From the NCBI GenBank assembly GCA_023954355.1, contig JAMLID010000017.1:1418-65417 (forward strand): DNA of 64,000 bases, in the 5' to 3' direction. The position numbers were made by a program, and so were the translations under genes. The notes beneath the pieces were generated by a model that was not told the origin of the DNA, made no database searches, and was given only the letters and a program-made list of their open reading frames with translations. Position 1 is the first letter of the stretch. Each line of letters starts with the position of its first letter. Source of the stretch: Oligoflexia bacterium. GTDB taxonomy: Bacteria; Bdellovibrionota; UBA1018; CAIPTA01. This document shows, piece by piece, positions 10,661-20,772 of the stretch.

Positions 10661-10741
10661 TATTTGTTTGAAAATTCTAGAGAGTAAGAATGCTTAAGAG
10701 CGGTTTTTAAGCCATCAAGCGCTAATGACTTAATAAAGAAC

Positions 10742-10767
10742 AAAAAAAACCGGCAAGAAATTGCCGG
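10742..10767 (-). terminator. Rho-independent terminator downstream of the STAS gene
   Basis: Hairpin CCGGCAA-GAAA-TTGCCGG (10750..10767), followed on the minus strand by a T8 run (complement of A-run 10742..10749). Confidence 0.75.
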
Positions 10768-10793
10768 CAAAAGAATGAAGGGAGAACAAAATT

Positions 10794-11159
10794 TTAATTG
10801 TTTTCGTTTGTACCGATTCTAAAAAAAGTATCTACAGCAGCTTGTCTAGATTCGTGAATAGAGAAGTCACGATCTACATCGTAGGCAGAAATAATTTTTC
10901 TAAACTCGCTTTTAACATTGCAAAGATGGGGTATGGTTAATCCTCTTTCTTGAATCTCATAAAGAGAGCGAATAAAATTTGTAATACCGCTTGATCCAAC
11001 AAAATTTAAACCTTCCATATCCACAACTACTTTTTTACCTTCTCTGCTAAGTTGTAAAATATTATCTCTTAAAATGTCTTGGCTCTCGTAATCGAGTTTT
11101 CCCTCGAGAGCAATTACAGTAATTTCACCTTGATTTAATACGCTAGCTCGTAATGACAT
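10794..11159 (-). CDS. STAS-domain anti-sigma-factor antagonist (SpoIIAA-like)
   Basis: ITVIALEGKLDYESQDILRDNILQL...VVVDMEGLNFVGSSGITNFI is a typical STAS layout. I prefer the internal ATG at 11159 (MSLRASV...) to the track start at 11195. Confidence 0.75.
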   Translation of the reverse strand: MSLRASVLNQGEITVIALEGKLDYESQDILRDNILQLSREGKKVVVDMEGLNFVGSSGITNFIRSLYEIQERGLTIPHLCNVKSEFRKIISAYDVDRDFSIHESRQAAVDTFFRIGTNENN

Positions 11160-11245
11160 GCATTCCCTCCGTCGCACGATTTGGCATCCTGCCAATGGAA
11201 CAGCTATTGCAACTATTCCATAAATAACAGTATAAGATAGACATT

Positions 11246-12124
11246 ATGAGTCGCCAAGAAGAAGTTAAAAAAGAATCATCTAACCTGATCGAAACAGGAA
11301 TCTATGTAATCGCTTCTCCTATTGGGAATCTTTCTGATCTAAGTACTAGAGCGATTTACACCTTAAAGCAGGTTGATTGGATTGCGGCCGAAGACACTCG
11401 GGTGACGAAAAAACTATTAAATGAACTGGGATTACAAAAAACCATTGTTTCTTTTCATGAACACTCTTCAGTAGAGGGAATGCGAAAAAAATTAATTGAT
11501 CTAGTAACCAACAAAGAGAGCGCTGCATATTTATCAGATGCTGGAACTCCAGGGATTAGTGATCCTGGAGCCGAACTAGTTCGAATTGCAAGAGAATTAG
11601 CGATTAAAGTTACTCCTATTCCAGGGCCGTCGGCCATTAGTTGTTTTCTATCTGTTTTAGGTAAGCCGGCCTCTCAATTTAAATTTGTTGGGTATGCTCC
11701 CAGAAAAGACGTAGAGCGCTTAAATTGGCTAAATGACCTAAAAACACAACCTGGTCTTGTGCTTTTTTTTGAATCTCCTCATAGAGTTAAATCGCTAGTT
11801 GAGTTTTTATCTGAGAATATACCGAATGCATTTTTTGCCTATGGTAGAGAGCTTACAAAAAAATTTGAAACAGTGTATGTGGGGACGTCAAAAGAGGCTA
11901 TTGATCGAAAAGATATTCAAACGCCTAAAGGTGAATACGTCATGGCGATAGATTTTCCTCAGCAAAAAAAGATGGCGAGCACAGAAGATTTTGAAGAATT
12001 ATTAACAGAATTAGTGCGGCTTGGTCTTAGTCAAAAAAATGTCATCCGTTACGGCCTTGCCCTAGGTTTAAATAAGAATGAGCTCTATACGCTTACATTA
12101 AAAATAAAAAAACAACTAGAATAA
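11246..12124 (+). CDS. rsmI: 16S rRNA (cytidine1402-2'-O)-methyltransferase
   Basis: Tetrapyrrole-methylase fold with the RsmI signature GIYVIASPIGNLSDLSTRAIYTLKQVDWIAAEDTRVTKKLL. Confidence 0.9.
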   Translation: MSRQEEVKKESSNLIETGIYVIASPIGNLSDLSTRAIYTLKQVDWIAAEDTRVTKKLLNELGLQKTIVSFHEHSSVEGMRKKLIDLVTNKESAAYLSDAGTPGISDPGAELVRIARELAIKVTPIPGPSAISCFLSVLGKPASQFKFVGYAPRKDVERLNWLNDLKTQPGLVLFFESPHRVKSLVEFLSENIPNAFFAYGRELTKKFETVYVGTSKEAIDRKDIQTPKGEYVMAIDFPQQKKMASTEDFEELLTELVRLGLSQKNVIRYGLALGLNKNELYTLTLKIKKQLE

Positions 12125-12136
12125 GCTCTTGATACT

Positions 12137-12165
12137 TTGCAGCTTTTCTTCTTACTTAGTATAAT
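12137..12165 (+). promoter_or_regulatory. Candidate sigma70-type promoter for the cyclase operon
   Basis: TTGCAG (12137..12142), a 17-nt spacer, then a perfect TATAAT (12160..12165). It lies 47 nt upstream of the 12212 start. Confidence 0.4.
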
Positions 12166-12174
12166 TTAGTAGGA

Positions 12175-12198
12175 TCAATATCCAAGAAGGGATATTGA
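12175..12198 (+). other. 9-bp perfect hairpin in the predicted 5' leader of the cyclase gene
   Basis: TCAATATCC-AAGAAG-GGATATTGA lies between the candidate -10 element and the start codon. Confidence 0.3.
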
Positions 12199-12211
12199 CG
12201 GGAAGGCACGG

Positions 12212-14569
12212 ATGCTCAAACTAACCCCATTTCGAATTGTTGCATTTTTAACTTTAGTCTTTTCAGCTTTGTTGTTCTCTGAGCATCTCACTTATACATT
12301 AATGGGAGACAATCACGAGATCCGTTCATTACAAGCAATGTCATCTAGCGATAGTGGCGATATTCGTATCAGTTCAGATTCTATTCCTCTGCTCTCTTGG
12401 ATATTAAGAAATGATTATGATTTACACATGCGCAGACAACAAGAGTCAAAGCCGCATCCAGACGTTTTGATTGTAGATATTAGTGAAAAATCTATTCGTG
12501 AAATTGGTCAATTTCCATTTTCTAGAAGGGTATACGGTGAGTTCATTGAGAGAATGAATGAATATTCGGCATCCTCTGTAGCATTCGACTTAACTTTTCC
12601 TGAAGCTGAAGGCGGGGAAGCGTTAACAGTTTTACGTCAAATACAAAATGAAACAAAAGATAATAGCGCGGTAAACAACATCATTGAGCAGAAAATCTTA
12701 GAAAAGAGTGGTGACTACTATTTAGCAAAAGCTCTTAAAGAGACAAAAGTGCCAATTATATTAGGGGCTACATTCAGTGATTTGGTAGGTGAAGATGCAT
12801 TTTCTAAAGTTTTATCTAATGCGGACAATTCTCTAAAGAAAGAAATAGAGCAATCCATCGGATTAGTAAATAAAAGCTCTTTGAGAAGAGTCCAAGTTTC
12901 AGATATGGCAGCCATACCTGATATGGAAACTCATTTTCCTGTTTTTCCTCACTTAGAGCTATTAAGAGCAGGTAATAAAAATGTTAAAACTGGTTTTTTC
13001 ATAGCAGCACCAGATGATGATAGCGTAATTAGAAGACCGCCTTCCGTTATTTCATATAAAGGAAATATATTAGGATCATTGGCGGTCTGGTCGGCTGCTA
13101 ATTACTTGGGATCTAATCCAGAGCTCAATGGAGAAGATGGTTCATTAAAAATTCGATATGAAAAAAATGGTCAATATACATATACCCCTCTTACGCCATA
13201 CGGTTCTAGTTATGCTAGATATTATGGCAAAGAACGTACGTTCCCTTATGTAGAATTTTCAGACGTTCTTTCTAGAAGAGTTGATCCAAAGACTTTTCAT
13301 AATAAAGTTATTCTCTTGGGCGTAACTGCTAGTGGATTGAAAGATATACGTGCTAATCCGTTTTCAAAAGATTTTCCGGGGGTAGAGGTTCACGCAACTA
13401 TTATTAGTAATATTTTGAAAAATGAATTTTTAGAAAAAGATCATAGGTTTTATTTTATAGGGTATGCTTTTGTTCTTTTTGCATCTGCAATTGTTGGGGC
13501 GGCTGTATTTTTTCTTCAGCCAGCATGGTCGATTCCTGTAGCGCTTCTCGTGATCGCAGCCATTCAATATCTTTGCCAATACTTTTTTGATCGAGGTATA
13601 GTGGTTCCATCTATTATTCCGTCGATTTCAGCCATATCCGTAATGTTTTTTGGAACTTTAGTAAGGTACTTTTCAGAGGCTAAAGAGAAAAAAGTTATTC
13701 GTAATGCATTTTCTCGTTATGTATCTAACGATGTAATTAATGAAATTTTAAAAGACCATTCTAAATTAAGATTAGGTGGGCAAAAGAAAGTCCTGACTGT
13801 GATGTTCTGTGATTTAGTGGGATTTACAAAACTTTCAGAAAGAATGGATGCAACTTTTTTAACTCAATTATTAAACGAATACTTTACTAGGATGACCGCT
13901 ATCGTCCTTGCAAATGGTGGTACTTTAGATAAATACATGGGTGATGCTATTATGAGTTTTTGGGGAGCTCCATTAGATATTCCTAATCATGCACACTTAG
14001 CTTGCAAAGCGGCTACAGAAATGGTTGCTGAATTAGAAAAAATTAATCGCGAATGGAAAGAAAAGCATGGGATTGAAATTGATTTAAGAATAGGAATTCA
14101 TACGGGCGAAATGTCTGTAGGCAACCTTGGAAGCGAGCAGGTATTCAGTTACACAGTGCTTGGGGATAATGTTAATTTGGCTTCTCGCTTAGAGGGCGTA
14201 AATAATGTTTATAAAACTAGAGTTCTTATTAGCGAAGAAACACAAAACTGCTTGGAAAATAAGTTTATTACTCGGCACATGGATTGTGTTCAAGTTAAAG
14301 GAAAAGAAGAGTCTATTAATATCTATGAACTTCTTCGTTATAGCGAGACCGCTATTGAAAAAGACGAATGGATACGAACTTTCGAAGAAGCCGTTCGGCT
14401 TTACGCAATTGGCTCATGGGACGAAGCAAAGGCCACTTTTGGCCTCACTTTAAAACTTAATGAACGCGATGACGCTTCAAAAGTTTTCATAGAAAGAATT
14501 CAAGAGCTGGAAGCTCAAAATCAAGAAGCGGCTAAGTGGGATGGAGTATGGAGGCTAAATACCAAATGA
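12212..14569 (+). CDS. CHASE2-sensor adenylate/guanylate cyclase (class III)
   Basis: N-terminal TM helix, a large periplasmic region, a TM cluster, then cyclase catalytic motifs VMFCDLVGFTKLSE, GDAIMSFWGAP and GDNVNLASRLEG. Length 785 aa. Confidence 0.85.
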   Translation: MLKLTPFRIVAFLTLVFSALLFSEHLTYTLMGDNHEIRSLQAMSSSDSGDIRISSDSIPLLSWILRNDYDLHMRRQQESKPHPDVLIVDISEKSIREIGQFPFSRRVYGEFIERMNEYSASSVAFDLTFPEAEGGEALTVLRQIQNETKDNSAVNNIIEQKILEKSGDYYLAKALKETKVPIILGATFSDLVGEDAFSKVLSNADNSLKKEIEQSIGLVNKSSLRRVQVSDMAAIPDMETHFPVFPHLELLRAGNKNVKTGFFIAAPDDDSVIRRPPSVISYKGNILGSLAVWSAANYLGSNPELNGEDGSLKIRYEKNGQYTYTPLTPYGSSYARYYGKERTFPYVEFSDVLSRRVDPKTFHNKVILLGVTASGLKDIRANPFSKDFPGVEVHATIISNILKNEFLEKDHRFYFIGYAFVLFASAIVGAAVFFLQPAWSIPVALLVIAAIQYLCQYFFDRGIVVPSIIPSISAISVMFFGTLVRYFSEAKEKKVIRNAFSRYVSNDVINEILKDHSKLRLGGQKKVLTVMFCDLVGFTKLSERMDATFLTQLLNEYFTRMTAIVLANGGTLDKYMGDAIMSFWGAPLDIPNHAHLACKAATEMVAELEKINREWKEKHGIEIDLRIGIHTGEMSVGNLGSEQVFSYTVLGDNVNLASRLEGVNNVYKTRVLISEETQNCLENKFITRHMDCVQVKGKEESINIYELLRYSETAIEKDEWIRTFEEAVRLYAIGSWDEAKATFGLTLKLNERDDASKVFIERIQELEAQNQEAAKWDGVWRLNTK

Positions 14570-15819
14570 AGCACGGACTGCTAACCAATACAGGCATAGA
14601 ACATGAATTAATTGTTTTCAAAGATCACCTGCATGATGTAATTGAAGGCGATCAAAAAACAATCGTAAAAAAAGCGAAACGTCTAGAGAAAGAGCTTTCT
14701 GGAATTATTGATAGAGCAGAAAGATATACAGAGAAATTAGAACTCTTAATGGAGTTTAGTTCTATTCTAAACTCTAGCTTAGACACCTCTAGAGTAAGAG
14801 AACTAGCTATGAAGAGTACATGCAATCTATTGGATTGCGAAGGCGCTACACTTTATTTAGTGGATAAAGAAAAACAGGAGTTATACTTTGAGACAATTGT
14901 TGGTTCTGTGTCTTCAGATCAATTAAAAGAAATACGATTAAAAATTGATGAAGGGTCAATTGCAGGAACAGTAGCTTTAAATAGAAGACCTATGTTGATA
15001 AATCATATAGGCCAAGAAAAGAGACATAATAAACAAGTTGATAAGAAAAGTAGCTTTACAACAAAAAACATGGTTTGTGTTCCGCTTGAGGCTAAAGGGA
15101 TGCTTATCGGCGTTTTGCAGGCGGTTAATCGATTCGAGGGAGAGTTTTTAGAGCAAGATTTACGATTATTGGAAACCCTGGGACACCAAGTGGCTATCGC
15201 AGTTGATAATGCCTTGTTATACCAAAATGTTAAAAATCAATTTTACGAGACCGTTTTTGCGATGGCTACTGCGATAGAGGCAAAAGACCGTTATACAGGA
15301 GGGCATACAAAGCGAGTTGCCTTATTTTCAGAATTAATTGCAAAGCATATGGATCTCTCTAAAGAAGAGGTAGAAGAAGTTCGTTTGAGTGCGATTCTTC
15401 ATGATATCGGAAAAATCGGTATCGACGATAAAGTGTTAAAAAAAGAAGCTCCACTTGATAAGGAAGAGTGGGAGCATATGAAGCAGCACCCGGATATGGG
15501 GTATAAAATTTTGAGTCATGTAAAGAGCATGAAAAAAATTACAGACGGAATGAGGTTTCACCACGAAAGACCTGATGGAAACGGATATCCGCTAGGACTT
15601 AAAGGGAATGAAATCCCCTTGATCGCCATGATTATTAGTGTAGCCGATACGTTTGATGCAATGACATCGAACCGCCCTTACCGTAAGGGACTAGACTATG
15701 ATGTAGCTTATAAAGAGATTGTAAATAACGCAGGCACCCAGTTTGATAAGAAAGTGGTTGACGGTTTCATTAAAGCTTTTAAGATAGAACGAATGGGTAA
15801 AAAAAGAAGCAAGACTTAG
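14536..15819 (+). CDS. GAF-domain HD-GYP phosphohydrolase
   Basis: The GAF region (ATLYLVDKEKQELYFETIVG...) is followed by the HD-GYP signatures GGHTKRVA, HDIGKIGI and HHERPDGNGYP. The start is uncertain, with ATGs at 14536, 14548 and 14566 overlapping the cyclase stop. Confidence 0.85.
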   Translation: MGWSMEAKYQMKHGLLTNTGIEHELIVFKDHLHDVIEGDQKTIVKKAKRLEKELSGIIDRAERYTEKLELLMEFSSILNSSLDTSRVRELAMKSTCNLLDCEGATLYLVDKEKQELYFETIVGSVSSDQLKEIRLKIDEGSIAGTVALNRRPMLINHIGQEKRHNKQVDKKSSFTTKNMVCVPLEAKGMLIGVLQAVNRFEGEFLEQDLRLLETLGHQVAIAVDNALLYQNVKNQFYETVFAMATAIEAKDRYTGGHTKRVALFSELIAKHMDLSKEEVEEVRLSAILHDIGKIGIDDKVLKKEAPLDKEEWEHMKQHPDMGYKILSHVKSMKKITDGMRFHHERPDGNGYPLGLKGNEIPLIAMIISVADTFDAMTSNRPYRKGLDYDVAYKEIVNNAGTQFDKKVVDGFIKAFKIERMGKKRSKT

Positions 15820-15843
15820 AGTCTCTACATATAAGGGGAAGAA

Positions 15844-16599
15844 GTGCGACTAAAAGTATTAGGTGGTGATGGTGGAGTTGCTCCTGGATTTCAAACCACT
15901 AGTTTTTTAATTAATCAGTCCATCCTTGTTGACGCTGGGTCAGCAGCGACTTCTTTATCTCTATCAGAACAAAAAAAAATTGATACGATTTTTATATCTC
16001 ATAGCCACCTAGATCACATTAAAGACATTGCCTTTCTTGCAGATAACGTATTTGCCATTCGTAAGACTCCTATTCAATTAGTAAGTACCCCAGAAATATT
16101 GCAAATCCTCAAAGACCATTTATTTAATAATAAAATCTGGCCAGATTTTAGTGTGATATCAAATGGTACATGCCCGATCTTGGCCTACCAACCAATTGAA
16201 CACAGTATGACTCTGGGGGGGATTACCTTCGAGATATATCCAGTGCATCATCCTGTGCCTGCTATTGGCTTTATTATCAGAGGCAAAAAGTCATCCATTG
16301 TTATTTCAGGTGACACTGGTCCCACTACCTTGTTATGGCAAAAAGCCAATCAAGAGAAAAATCTAAAGGCTATATTCACAGAAATCGCATTTCCAAACAA
16401 AATGACAAAGGTGGCCGAGGCGGCCGGTCATTTTACTCCACAAATGTTTAAAGCTGAGCTTTCTAAAATAGAAAACAATCCTGCCTTATATATTTATCAC
16501 TTGAAACCCGAATACAAAGCCTTGCTATTAAAAGAAATAAAAGCATTGAAAATTCCAAAGCTTAAGTTGATCAAACTAAAGCAACGCTATACATTCTAA
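15844..16599 (+). CDS. Class-II 3',5'-cyclic-nucleotide phosphodiesterase (metallo-beta-lactamase fold)
   Basis: GTG start. FISHSHLDHIKDI matches the HxHLDH[LIVM] class-II cAMP-PDE signature. Length 251 aa. Confidence 0.7.
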   Translation: MRLKVLGGDGGVAPGFQTTSFLINQSILVDAGSAATSLSLSEQKKIDTIFISHSHLDHIKDIAFLADNVFAIRKTPIQLVSTPEILQILKDHLFNNKIWPDFSVISNGTCPILAYQPIEHSMTLGGITFEIYPVHHPVPAIGFIIRGKKSSIVISGDTGPTTLLWQKANQEKNLKAIFTEIAFPNKMTKVAEAAGHFTPQMFKAELSKIENNPALYIYHLKPEYKALLLKEIKALKIPKLKLIKLKQRYTF

Positions 16600-16622
16600 G
16601 TGTATTAGCGAAAGGATAAAGA

Positions 16623-17525
16623 ATGTCTTCTTTTGAGAAGGTCAAAACCCCTGGGATTAAAGAAAAAGCAAAGTCAGAGCGTACAAATCGTGTTCCTGAA
16701 GGAATGTGGTTTAAGTGTACTAGTTGTGGCGAGGTCATGGAGACAAAGGTTCTCCAAGAAAATCACTACATCTGTGTTGAGTGCAATCATCACTTTAGAA
16801 TGTCAGCAAGAGAGAGAATACACCATTTAACAAGTGGGCAGGCGTTTGAAGAATATGGTGAAGATTTAAGATCAAGCGATCCCTTAGAGTTTTATGATTT
16901 AAAACCGTATAAGGAGCGCTTAGAGGCTGCTATTAAAAAACATGGTCAAAACGACGCCTTTCTTTCTGGGCGCTCAAAAATTGGTGACACCGTAGTTCAG
17001 ATAGGTGCATTTGATTTTAAGTTCATGGGAGGTTCTATGGGAACCGTTGTAGGTGAAAGAATTACGCTACTTTTTGAGCATGCACTTAAAGAAGAAACGC
17101 CTGTTGTGCTTGTTAGTGCTAGCGGTGGAGCAAGAATGCAAGAGTCAATATTATCTCTTATGCAAATGGCTAAAACGAGCGCTTTTATTCTTGAAATGAG
17201 AAAGGCTGGTCTCCCTTATATTTCTTTACTGACTGATCCGACCACAGGAGGCGTAGCCGCTAGTTTTGCAATGTTAGGAGATGTTATTTTAGCTGAACCT
17301 AAAGCATTAATTGGTTTTGCTGGCCCGAGAGTCATTGAGCAGACGATCCGTCAAAAATTACCAGAAGGCTTTCAAACATCTGAATTTCTTCTTCAACAGG
17401 GTTTTGTTGATCAAGTTGTACCTAGAGAAAATTTACCATCTACTGTTGCCATGCTATTGCAGATGATGATGTGGAGTAAAAACGGTAATAGTGAAAAAAA
17501 TAAAAAGAGAAAAACAAAAAAATAA
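16623..17525 (+). CDS. accD: Acetyl-CoA carboxylase carboxyltransferase beta subunit
   Basis: N-terminal Zn-ribbon CTSCGEVM...CVECNHH and the carboxyltransferase core GGSMG...GGARMQE. Confidence 0.95.
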   Translation: MSSFEKVKTPGIKEKAKSERTNRVPEGMWFKCTSCGEVMETKVLQENHYICVECNHHFRMSARERIHHLTSGQAFEEYGEDLRSSDPLEFYDLKPYKERLEAAIKKHGQNDAFLSGRSKIGDTVVQIGAFDFKFMGGSMGTVVGERITLLFEHALKEETPVVLVSASGGARMQESILSLMQMAKTSAFILEMRKAGLPYISLLTDPTTGGVAASFAMLGDVILAEPKALIGFAGPRVIEQTIRQKLPEGFQTSEFLLQQGFVDQVVPRENLPSTVAMLLQMMMWSKNGNSEKNKKRKTKK

Positions 17526-19968
17526 GATTTGCCTGATTCTGGCCATTTTTATCTTTCCTATTTGTTCTTTTGCAAGTTCTGGATTCGAAATCGGCGGTGA
17601 AGAAAGGCATCATGTTACTGCCGATAGAACACTTTACCACTCTAAAGATAAAATATATGAGGCTTTTGGAAACGTAGTCGTAAGTGCTAAAGAAAAAAGG
17701 CTTTCTTCTGATTACTTGTGGTATGACGACACTACTAAAGACGTTCGCGTTAAGGGAAATGTAATCTTTGTTGATAAAGAAACTAGTGTCCAAGCTGCAG
17801 AAATTCACTTTAATTTACAATCAGGAATCGGATCTATATTTTACGGAAAAGTATTTAATGATGCTTATACACTTCGTGGTCAGTTGATTAGAAAAATTGC
17901 CGAAGACCGCTTTTTAACCACTGAAGGTGAATATACAACATGCAAAGATTGCTCGGAAAGTTGGAAAATATCAGCTGCTAGTGTTGATTTAACTATTGAA
18001 GGCTATGCCTTTATGAGTAGTGTTTTTATAAAAATAAAAGACGTGCCTACGCTCTATTTGCCTTATTTAATAGTACCGATCAAGACGAAACGACAGTCAG
18101 GTCTTTTATTTCCTAGAATTGGTGGTAACACAAATGATGGATTCGTTTTTGTACAACCCTTCTATTGGGCAATTAGCGAGCACCAAGATGCAACTCTTAG
18201 TCTTGGACGTTATTCGAGTCGAGGATTAAGGTATGAATTTGAGCATCGTTATAAAACATTTAATGATAGTGAAGGGATTATAAATTTCTATCGAACTGAG
18301 GATAGAAAATTTGCAGACAAGGGACGTGATCATAGAACTGCAATCAAAACAGAACACATTTGGAATTTTCATCGAAACGTTAAAGCGAAATGGAGAATTC
18401 TTGAAGTACGTGACCGGGATTATTCAGAAGATTTTCCTACAGATATTAATTCGAAAGGACTACCGTCACTAGAGTCTAATGTATTGGCGCAGTTTCCATT
18501 TTCAGATTTTTTTATAGCAGTAGAGGCTAAGCGTTACAGAAATTTATTATATCACGAGCCAAGAGGTAATGATGGAGGTACAGTTCAAGCCTATCCATCG
18601 GCTTATTTCGGCATTAGAGAACGAAAGCTATTGGGGCCACTATTTTTTAACTTCAATGGCAGGTTTGATAATTTCAAAAGAAGAAACGGAGCTTTTCAAG
18701 ACCAAAATTCGAATGGAATATTTGATTCAGCTACAGAAGATTTGAGAGAAACAAACCGTATTTATATAGCGCCAGAGATTTCGGCACCTTTTAGAATTGG
18801 GTCTATCTTAAAAATTTCACCCTCACTACAATATAATGAGACTCGTTATTCTTTTCCACTACCAACGATAAATCAAAATATTGAAAGCACTTCAACTAAG
18901 TATGTTCAAGCAAAAGTAGAGGCGACTACTGTTTTAGAAAAGGTTTATAATTACGATGGAGAAACGGTTAAAAAAATTAAGCATCAAGTGTCTCCATTTA
19001 TTACATTTTATAATATCCCATGGATTAATCGTGACTTAAGTCATCCTTTTCAAAACCAACTAAATAGAAAAGATGCACTCTTTGATCAGTTTGATATTGT
19101 TCCTGAAACAAACTCGACAAATTTTTTACGCTTTCCCCAGGGAAAATCTTTGTACTATGGTTTTTCAAGTAGAATCATACGCAGACTTAAACGCAGAGAA
19201 GAAGAACCGAGAGCATATCCATTTGATATAGTTCCAAGAAAAGAAGTTAAGCAATACGAAAAGCCACAAAATAAAAAACAAGAACTACAAGTAGAGAGTG
19301 CAAAGCTTTGGGATCGTTATAATCCCCACTACGACGACTACCAAGAAGTATGGAACTTTAGTGTAAGCCAAGCATATGATTTTAAAGAATATCAAAGATT
19401 AAGATCGAGTGGAGTAACGGATGCTAGCAAAAGAGCATTTAGTTTTTTACTAGCTAAGTCTACGGTTAGTTTGGATAATTTTTCTAGCCAACTTGAATAC
19501 AAATATTTTTGGCGACTAGTAGATAGAGAAAACTCTCCTCCTACTGTTTTAAGTAATAAACACGTGCTTTCAACCTCATTCACTTGGACGTTTGCAAACT
19601 TAACAAATCTACGTCGAACTCGATCTTTTGTCCGTAGCATTAGCGGAAATTTCACAAACGCAAGTCAGCCTAATCCATCACGAACTATAGGAGGAGACCT
19701 TCGTTGGTCGTTTAATGATTTTGTAAATATTCGTATTGGGTATAACTATGACTTATTAGCGAAGAATCAGCTGTCGTGGTACACTTCATCCATTTTTACG
19801 CACTCATCTGAGTGTTGGGGCTTAGCGTTTCGCTACGATTGGAACAGAAACCGCAGTCCGAAGCATGGAGATATAGGTTTTGAATTATTGTTAAATCTTA
19901 TAGGTACAGGATGGCTAGGATCTGAACAGTTTGAGGGCAGCAATTCGAGTGGTGTATTTGGAGGATAA
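17491..19968 (+). CDS. lptD: LPS-assembly outer-membrane protein LptD (OstA family)
   Basis: Signal peptide, an OstA-like N-domain (ADRTLYHSKDKIYEAFGNVVVS...VRVKGNVIF) and a large C-terminal region with beta-barrel-like aromatic-rich repeats. Length 825 aa. Confidence 0.75.
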   Translation: MKKIKREKQKNKICLILAIFIFPICSFASSGFEIGGEERHHVTADRTLYHSKDKIYEAFGNVVVSAKEKRLSSDYLWYDDTTKDVRVKGNVIFVDKETSVQAAEIHFNLQSGIGSIFYGKVFNDAYTLRGQLIRKIAEDRFLTTEGEYTTCKDCSESWKISAASVDLTIEGYAFMSSVFIKIKDVPTLYLPYLIVPIKTKRQSGLLFPRIGGNTNDGFVFVQPFYWAISEHQDATLSLGRYSSRGLRYEFEHRYKTFNDSEGIINFYRTEDRKFADKGRDHRTAIKTEHIWNFHRNVKAKWRILEVRDRDYSEDFPTDINSKGLPSLESNVLAQFPFSDFFIAVEAKRYRNLLYHEPRGNDGGTVQAYPSAYFGIRERKLLGPLFFNFNGRFDNFKRRNGAFQDQNSNGIFDSATEDLRETNRIYIAPEISAPFRIGSILKISPSLQYNETRYSFPLPTINQNIESTSTKYVQAKVEATTVLEKVYNYDGETVKKIKHQVSPFITFYNIPWINRDLSHPFQNQLNRKDALFDQFDIVPETNSTNFLRFPQGKSLYYGFSSRIIRRLKRREEEPRAYPFDIVPRKEVKQYEKPQNKKQELQVESAKLWDRYNPHYDDYQEVWNFSVSQAYDFKEYQRLRSSGVTDASKRAFSFLLAKSTVSLDNFSSQLEYKYFWRLVDRENSPPTVLSNKHVLSTSFTWTFANLTNLRRTRSFVRSISGNFTNASQPNPSRTIGGDLRWSFNDFVNIRIGYNYDLLAKNQLSWYTSSIFTHSSECWGLAFRYDWNRNRSPKHGDIGFELLLNLIGTGWLGSEQFEGSNSSGVFGG

Positions 19969-20772
19969 GTGAGGATTCTAATTTCTAATGATGATGGAGT
20001 ACATGCGCCGGGCATTCATGCGCTTGCAGATGAGTTTTCTAAAAACCATGATGTTTTTATCGTTGCTCCAGAAAGAGAGAGAAGCACAACAGGGCACTCA
20101 CTAACTCTTCATAAGCCGCTTCGTATACATCAATTAGGAAAAAACACCTACAGTGTTAGCGGAGGTCCTGCGGATTGTATTTATTTAGGGATAAGTGAAG
20201 TGCTAAAAGACAAAGCACCAGATTTAATTTTATCTGGAATAAATCGCGGGGCAAATTTAGGGCAAGATATTTTTTTATCAGGTACTGCTTCGGCAGCTCG
20301 AGAAGGGGCAAACCTTGGTATCCCTTCAATTGCAACATCTTTAGCCTTAGACTTTGTAAAAGCAAAGGATAAATATGATGATTATTTTGTGGCGGCAAAG
20401 CTCACAAATCGAGTCGTTCAATATGCTGAAAAACTTTTCTCTGCGAGCAAAAAATCGAAAAAACTGGCCAATTGGCCATATAGAACAATGTTGAATGTAA
20501 ATATCCCACATTTGCCTGAAAATAAAATTAAAGGAATGCGCTTAAGTACTCAGGGCGTGCGTGTTTATGGAACAAAAGTCTTAAAAAGAAGAGACTCTCG
20601 TGGTAAAAAATATTTTTGGATAGGGGGAACATACGAAGGTTTTAAAAACATAAAAGGCAGTGACTGTTCAGCAGTTGATGGTGGCTATGTATCGATAAGC
20701 CCACTTGAGCTAAACACAACAAATCAAAAAGTTTTAATTGAAATGAATAAGAAATGGCCAAAATCTATTTAA
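19969..20772 (+). CDS. surE: 5'/3'-nucleotidase SurE
   Basis: GTG start preceded by GGAGGA. The canonical N-terminus MRILISNDDGVHAPGI and the motif SGINRGANLG are present. Confidence 0.95.
   Translation: MRILISNDDGVHAPGIHALADEFSKNHDVFIVAPERERSTTGHSLTLHKPLRIHQLGKNTYSVSGGPADCIYLGISEVLKDKAPDLILSGINRGANLGQDIFLSGTASAAREGANLGIPSIATSLALDFVKAKDKYDDYFVAAKLTNRVVQYAEKLFSASKKSKKLANWPYRTMLNVNIPHLPENKIKGMRLSTQGVRVYGTKVLKRRDSRGKKYFWIGGTYEGFKNIKGSDCSAVDGGYVSISPLELNTTNQKVLIEMNKKWPKSI

Noticed and set aside
17491-17525. 35-nt accD/lptD overlap within an A-rich tract (possible slippery or frameshift site)
   Set aside because: Both products are complete and family-typical without any frameshift. The Lys-rich accD tail and the Lys-rich lptD signal-peptide N-region are simply both encoded by the same A-rich run. 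There is no evidence for recoding.
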